From Atractiella rhizophila (taxonomy: Eukaryota), in NCBI GenBank assembly GCA_021432655.1, contig MU271603.1:1-40479 (forward strand): a DNA stretch of 40,479 bases, in the 5' to 3' direction. Position numbers and translations under genes: made by a program. Shown in pieces: positions 35,338 to 40,479 of this stretch. Position 1 is the stretch's first letter, and the number at the start of each line of letters is the position of its first letter. The notes under the pieces are model-generated. The model saw nothing but the letters and a program-made list of their open reading frames with translations, did no database searches and was not told the DNA's origin.

Positions 35338-35826
35338 TGTTAGGGCTGACACTATGTGCGGTCGCCGATAGGCGATGCATCTGTAGTGGAGGTAAACCTA
35401 AGAGAATAGTATGGCATGAGGAGACTAACCTGTAGTGGAGGTAAACCTAAGAGAATACTCTGAGGTCACCACCACTACATCTCGATGTATATATACATAT
35501 GTAAAAGCACTGCCATAAACTGTATCATAAGTTTCTTGAAACATGTAAGATAGCTAGATCAGGAAAGCAATAAAGGGAAAACTCGGAAATAAGAGTTACT
35601 GAGCAGTACAAGTGAGAAAGGGCAATAAAGTAATAATTGAGACGGTGCAGACCGGCGAAATGTTTAAGGTTTGCTGAGCGGCGATTCGTGTGAGACAGGG
35701 GAAGGCGGCGATCAGCATGAACGTGAGCAAGCGGCGATGGGCAGGTGTGTGATCCTATGGCATGGCAAAGTAGGTCACGTGACTTCAGACTGTGCATTTC
35801 GGTAATGCGTAGGGGCAAGCCTGACA
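35338..35826. mobile_element. Solo LTR (489 bp) inserted in the Tc1-like transposase
   Basis: TG...CA ends with imperfect inverted termini (TGTTAGG / CCTGACA). Flanked by a perfect 5-bp TSD CTCAG (35333-35337 and 35827-35831). Excising it restores the transposase frame. Confidence 0.9.
35381..35457 (+). repeat. 28-bp direct repeat within the solo LTR
   Basis: CTGTAGTGGAGGTAAACCTAAGAGAATA at 35381-35408 and 35430-35457. Confidence 0.9.
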
Positions 35827-36759
35827 CTCAGGGACCGACTCTTCCACACTTATGAACATTATGTCTCAATCGCATCAGTCTGGTGGGCATTGATGCTTAT
35901 GGGGATTAGATGCAAAGGGCTCTCCAAGCGAGCCACCCAGCGTGACGATCATGTCAGCATGTGGTGGAGAGCTACAATAGCTGATCTATCCCATCATTGC
36001 ATCATTACCACAGATGAAGCAGGTTTTGCTAATGCAGAGCTGCGTTGTAAGTAGGTACTTCATGTTTCCCCCTTACTTCAGTAAAAAAGTTTTTCAGGTA
36101 TGGTTGGACAGAGGAAGGACACATGGCAGTCTGCCATGAGCTCTTTAACACTGGAATTAGGGTCAGCATGATCCTTGCACTTAATTGTGAAGGGATTATG
36201 GCTTATTGGCTACTTGAAGGAGGAGTGTCGAGGGAAGATGTTGTGTGTTCTCTTGTAATTGTTATGGATAATACATCCATCCATCATGGAGCTGCACCCC
36301 AGGAACTGGTTGAGGGATAGTGGGGTCAGTCCATTGTTCATCACTTAATCTATTAACTGGCGGATTATTTATAGGTGTCCATCTCCTCTTCCTCCTTCCC
36401 TACTTGCCAGACTACAACCTATCTAAGGAATTCTTTGCCTGGTTGAAAAAATGGCTGTGACAAAACAAGGGTAGCCCGCTTATTGCTGTCACAAATGCAC
36501 CCTGATTGCAGCAGCAGTCAACGGCTTCAATGAATCTGGACTGGCCAATGCGTACCTCAACCACCCACTCTTCCATGAGGACTAATTCTTTCTCATAACT
36601 TGTAAAAGTGCAGGATGATTCGTTTTCAGGTCAGAATCGCTACATTGGTCTTCTTTCAGTGGCATTTAGAACAAGAAAGTAAATAGAAAGCTTTGTACAT
36701 CCACTCATGTATACATACGGTAAATATGAATATTTACAAAGATAAGGAGGCGCACAAAA

Positions 36760-38590
36760 GCACCATACGTCTCACGACTTCCTTGTTCTCTTACCCTTCT
36801 TTTCTTCTCCATAAACCATCTCAGCTGCATATCAGGCCGGCCCTGATAGCCTCAGCTTCTTGGTCTGGACCTCCTCAGCCAATTCCTCCTTGAGATCCTT
36901 CTTCTTGTCCAGGTATGTATAGATATCAGCCAGGTGAACTGCAGTGACACCATTTTCTTCCAAGGGAGGGTGGTACGAGGTCGCAGAAGGATTGAAATTT
37001 GGATTAGTAGTGTCGAAGGCAGACAGGATCTCCTATTTAGATGATTGTTGGCGAAGGGCTATCCTGTTCCTCCCTAACTGATCTAGCTCGTTTATACCCC
37101 CCATTTAGGACCTCTAACAACCCCTTGGCAATCTCCTCTCAAGTAGCCTCAGATCCTCTTGCTTGCGGTCTTGAACGACCGAAAAAGCAGCGAGGAATGG
37201 AGGGTCAAGGTTAGCAGGAGTTGAAGAGACTAGGCGACCATGTCTGTTACCATCATTCGATTCATCGAGAGCACCACGTTGCTCGTCTGTCATCCAGTCA
37301 CAGAATTCAGGGAAAGGTTGGGGACACTTTTGGATTAAGCTGCCATCACCAATAGAAGGCTGATTCCTTATCAGCGTGTGTTATGAATTTAGCTCAATAC
37401 AACATATCTGGCGAATACAACCACCTGCTTGTTGATGAACTGCTGGTGATTGCGCTTATGACCGTACTATGGATTTGGTGGTATCTAGCAAAATGGTCTG
37501 CTCTTCCCACAGTCACATCTCTGAAGCACTAACTCTGTGTCAGTCTCAATTGGGAAGATGGGGAAGTGATACCTGGCCACAGCGGTACCTGTTCTCGATC
37601 TTATTCTGTAAATCCAGCTGCTTTTCCATCGATGGACAAAGGTCATGTCGTTTGGGATCTATGTTCTCATTAGTACCTGGTGCCCTGGAGGAGGAGCTCA
37701 AACTGTCGTTTCCTCAAACACAGGTTTGGACAAAAACACGATGGCTTCTTGCTTGTTTCTCCACTCCACTTGAGATGGGTGAGATCTTCAACCTTGAAAT
37801 AAAAAGTATAGTCCTGATAAACTGTCCATTCAGGATGTTGAAATCTTCCTTGTCTCAGGGTGGGATGGTATTTGCCTTCCTTCTCCCCTTGTCAGGTCTA
37901 GCTACAACTAGTGATTCTGGACGCACTTCACACTGCTCCGAGTATAGACCATGGGCAATGTCGATGCAGCATTGATACAAAATTGTGGAGGAATCCGATG
38001 CACTGAAAGCTGACCTAGAGTTAGGAGAATTTGCTGCAAAAATATTCGACCTCAATGAATGTGACCAAGAATTTAAAGTAAAAGTGTTCTTCCTCATACA
38101 TCTGAAGGTTTGTGCAGACTCTTTCTGGATTGTCCAATGTCTGCACCCAATCTTGCACTCAGCTACCTTGTTGTCAACTTCTTGAATTAAAAACATGGTG
38201 GAAGGAGCTTACATGGTCCTCCACTCCTAAGCTCCTTCCACTGACTGGCCTGGAAAACTTGTGCGGTTGCCTTTGGCTGAATTTTGTGGACGTCGTTGTC
38301 ATCTAGATCTGCAACGAATGTGTTGTGATGTCGATTTTTTTTGGCCTGCTTCATCAATTAACAGTGCTAACATAGAGTGGAGAGCACATAAAAATCGCTC
38401 CAGATGGTTCGGTGTATTGGACGTATGAGCTGCGGTGGTTGATGAGGAAAGTCAGAGGTTTCACGACCTGTTGGAACGGAACTGGCAGGAGATAAGGGAG
38501 GTAGTACTCGAGCAGGCGGACATGCTTCAGATTGCTGATCTCAGTGGCCCGCCAAATTGTTTGAGCTTTCTCTTTTCCCGCCATCATGTC
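36760..38590 (-). pseudogene. Degenerate multi-exon gene convergent with the Tc1-like transposase; family unknown
   Basis: Long protein-like minus frames (e.g. ...PQPFPEFCDWMTDEQRG..., ...HLADIYTYLDKKKDLKEELAEE...) with scattered stops and intron-like breaks. Confidence 0.35.
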
Positions 38591-38964
38591 CCAGCGATAA
38601 AATGACGGTTTCATCAACTTCACACTGTTTCGGTTTACGATAGTGTTTAGAAAGAGCCAAGATAGGAGAGGGTAAGTGGTTCAGTTTTTTCTTCTGCATG
38701 CCATGACCATATGTGAGTGGAGGAAATAGAAGGAAGTGTAAAGAGTGTCAATCTGAGAGAGGAAACATGTAAAAAGACAGAAGTAAGACATGCAATGGAA
38801 AAGGAGAATAGAAGTGACTTTAAAGGAACTCAAAGGGAGATGAGACACTGGTAGAGGCCATCTTACTGTGGATCTTAGAATTTTAGTCTTATTGGACAAC
38901 TCAATTTGTTTTTTTGATAGATCTGTCTGTAGTCAACTGGTTTATGCAGCGATGTAGGATTTTC

Positions 38965-39286
38965 TAGAGATGTCAACGAGTATGGCACTCATGAGTACTT
39001 GTGCCACAGGTACCCCTACACAACAAGTCACAAATCAACTACAGAGGGTAAATTTTCATCAGGGGTACCCGTTCATGTTCCCTGCTAAGTACCTAAAGTA
39101 CTTGTGAGCTAGAGATGCACAAATATCAATCAGCTTAGAGCCTGATTTTGTCACTTGTTGTGAACCTTTGACACAGGTACCCTTGTACTCATGAGTACTA
39201 CTCACGTGTACCCTTGTATTAAAAGCTGATCGATACTCGTGAGTAAGGGTAATCATACTTGCGAGTACTACACGTTGTAATCTCTA
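38965..39286. mobile_element. hAT-superfamily MITE (322 bp)
   Basis: Imperfect 18-bp TIRs (TAGAGATGTCAACGAGTA vs reverse complement TAGAGATTACAACGTGTA) and a perfect 8-bp TSD GGATTTTC (38957-38964 and 39287-39294). Subterminal ACTCRYGAGT-like palindromes. Confidence 0.88.
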
Positions 39287-39409
39287 GGATTTTCATAGCA
39301 TGGCATGTGTGATCATACTTTTATTTGAACTCTGTTTTTCTTCAGCAACTGTATCTCTTACTTTTATTGTGAGTGGGGATCATGTGGACTTTTAAGAAGA
39401 TATAACAGT

Positions 39410-39635
39410 CTAGCATACCCGTATTGGCATCCTACCTGCCATAGGCGCTTTTGTCTATCCATCCAGTATTTCATGTCTCTTTCCTTCAAAAGGCTCCTCC
39501 ACATATCCACCTCCTTGATCGACCAGAACCTAACATTATCCTTGAGGAAGAAGAACCTGAATACAAAGTGGAGGAAGTACTTGACGTACGAAACGAAATA
39601 ATGATCTGTGGTTCAGAGTCAAATGGAAGGGCTAT
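39410..39635 (+). mobile_element. Ty3/gypsy (chromovirus) integrase C-terminal / chromodomain fragment
   Basis: IHPVFHVSFLQK followed by EPEYKVEEVLDVR and, after a frameshift, LWFRVKWKGY. Confidence 0.85.
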
Positions 39636-39900
39636 TAGAGTGTAAGATGAATGCTACTCGCAAGTTCAGGTATCCAAACTCGCAAGTACATACCAAGATT
39701 TTGGTCGATCGTAGACTCGTTAAAATCGTAGGTGGTGGGTACTCTTCATTCGCGATTACTATTTGCAAGTACTCTCCTTCTGCACGAGTCTTTCGGCACG
39801 AGTACTCTTCAGTGCTTAACAGATACTCTTTTGTCAGAAGAGTACCTGTGAGTACCGTCTTTTCCAAGTTGATTTACTTTGCTCAAATAACTACACTCTA
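39636..39900. mobile_element. Second hAT-like short element or hAT terminus (265 bp), no TSD
   Basis: 9-bp inverted ends TAGAGTGTA / TACACTCTA. Contains ACTCGCAAGT and GAGTAC motifs like the first MITE. Truncates the chromodomain directly after KGY. The flanks differ. Confidence 0.6.
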
Positions 39901-40052
39901 TTCAGATTATTTTTGCAATATAATCAATCTTGATGAAAAGAAAAAGAACTGAATAGGACTAGTACGGAAAGAAAGAAGAGTTGAAGCAGAATCAAGAGAG
40001 AAAACATTGACATGTCCATTCAACACAATTGTAAAAGACTTGCCTACTCCTC

Positions 40053-40338
40053 CTACTCATCATCATCAATCACAAACACCTTCAGAGGTGTATCACCTTC
40101 CACATCCTCATCTGTTTCCACCTGATGAGTCCTCTTTCGTCCAGCTTTACCAACCTGCTCCCACCCCTCCTCCAAGAATGCTTCAAACTCTGTCTTAGCG
40201 AGGAACTCTCCATCTTCAAACCGACTCCATGCTCCAAGGACAACAGCAGCACGAGAACTTTCAGGAGATAGTCGGTTTCGACAAGGAGTTATTGTATTAC
40301 CAGCAATGAGAAGACATGTTCGATGTCAACCGATGTAA
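40053..40338 (-). pseudogene. Last exon of a hAT transposase (C-terminal dimerisation domain), cut off upstream by the telomere
   Basis: After acceptor CTAG: TSVDIEHVFS, a 1-nt frameshift, then AGNTITPCRNRLSPESSRAAVVLGAWSRF...VIDDDE*. This matches the hAT dimerisation consensus (P)ATSVxxERxFSxxGxxxxxxRNRLSxExxRA...LxxW. Confidence 0.82.
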
Positions 40339-40387
40339 CTAGCAGGATAGATTTCAGTTTACTATTTAGAAATTTGAAAGGAGAAAC

Positions 40388-40479
40388 TTAGGGTTAGGGT
40401 TAGGGTTAGGGTTAGGGTTAGGGTTAGGGTTAGGGTTAGGGTTAGGGTTAGGGTTAGGGTTAGGGTTAGGGTTAGGGTT
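40388..40479 (+). repeat. Telomere (TTAGGG)n, 15 full repeats plus TT to the window end
   Basis: Perfect TTAGGG array with the G-rich strand pointing toward the sequence end. Confidence 0.99.

Larger units (their letters stand above)
34755..36586 (+). mobile_element. Degenerate Tc1/IS630-family (DD34E-like) DNA transposon with an intron-containing transposase
   Basis: TA followed by CAGTCATTTGCAAAA (Tc1-like left end) at 34753-34769. HTH region ...SICTVQRV...DRPHTLT...NPVLYVDKL. After removing the LTR the frame continues RDRL...ITTDEAGF...(intron)YGW...VIVMDNTSIHH...(intron)LFLLPYLPDYNLSKEFFAWLK, a decayed LPPYSPDYNPIEE motif. Contains stops. Right TIR not found, so the end coordinate is approximate. 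Confidence 0.85.

Noticed and set aside
35381..35457. Two 28-bp repeats with a 21-bp spacer, superficially CRISPR-like
   Set aside because: Only two units, eukaryotic context, inside a solo LTR, and no cas genes.

Overview
Intron-rich fungal DNA, basidiomycete-like by inference from ~50-nt GT-AG introns and the protein families, covering the last ~40 kb of a chromosome arm and ending in a (TTAGGG)n telomere. The gene-dense part (1-30.9 kb) holds the 5' end of a DHA1 MFS drug antiporter, a canonical Pumilio/Puf3 gene with an apparent 2.4-kb first intron, an UNC-93-like MFS gene, an intronless F-box-like gene, a fungal membrane-protein gene, SPT6, a recent 2.02-kb tandem duplication of a xylitol/sorbitol dehydrogenase gene (first copy lacks its last exon), and kinesin-1 heavy chain. 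The distal ~9.5 kb is a decayed subtelomere. It contains an intron-bearing HoxX/HypX-like pseudogene fragment, a Tc1/IS630-type transposase interrupted by a solo LTR with a 5-bp TSD, two hAT-type short elements, a Ty3/gypsy chromodomain fragment, and the last exon of a hAT transposase with the telomere attached in its upstream intron, which suggests de novo telomere healing. All gene models were built by eye and no database searches were run. I did not find a clearly intact novel multi-gene system.
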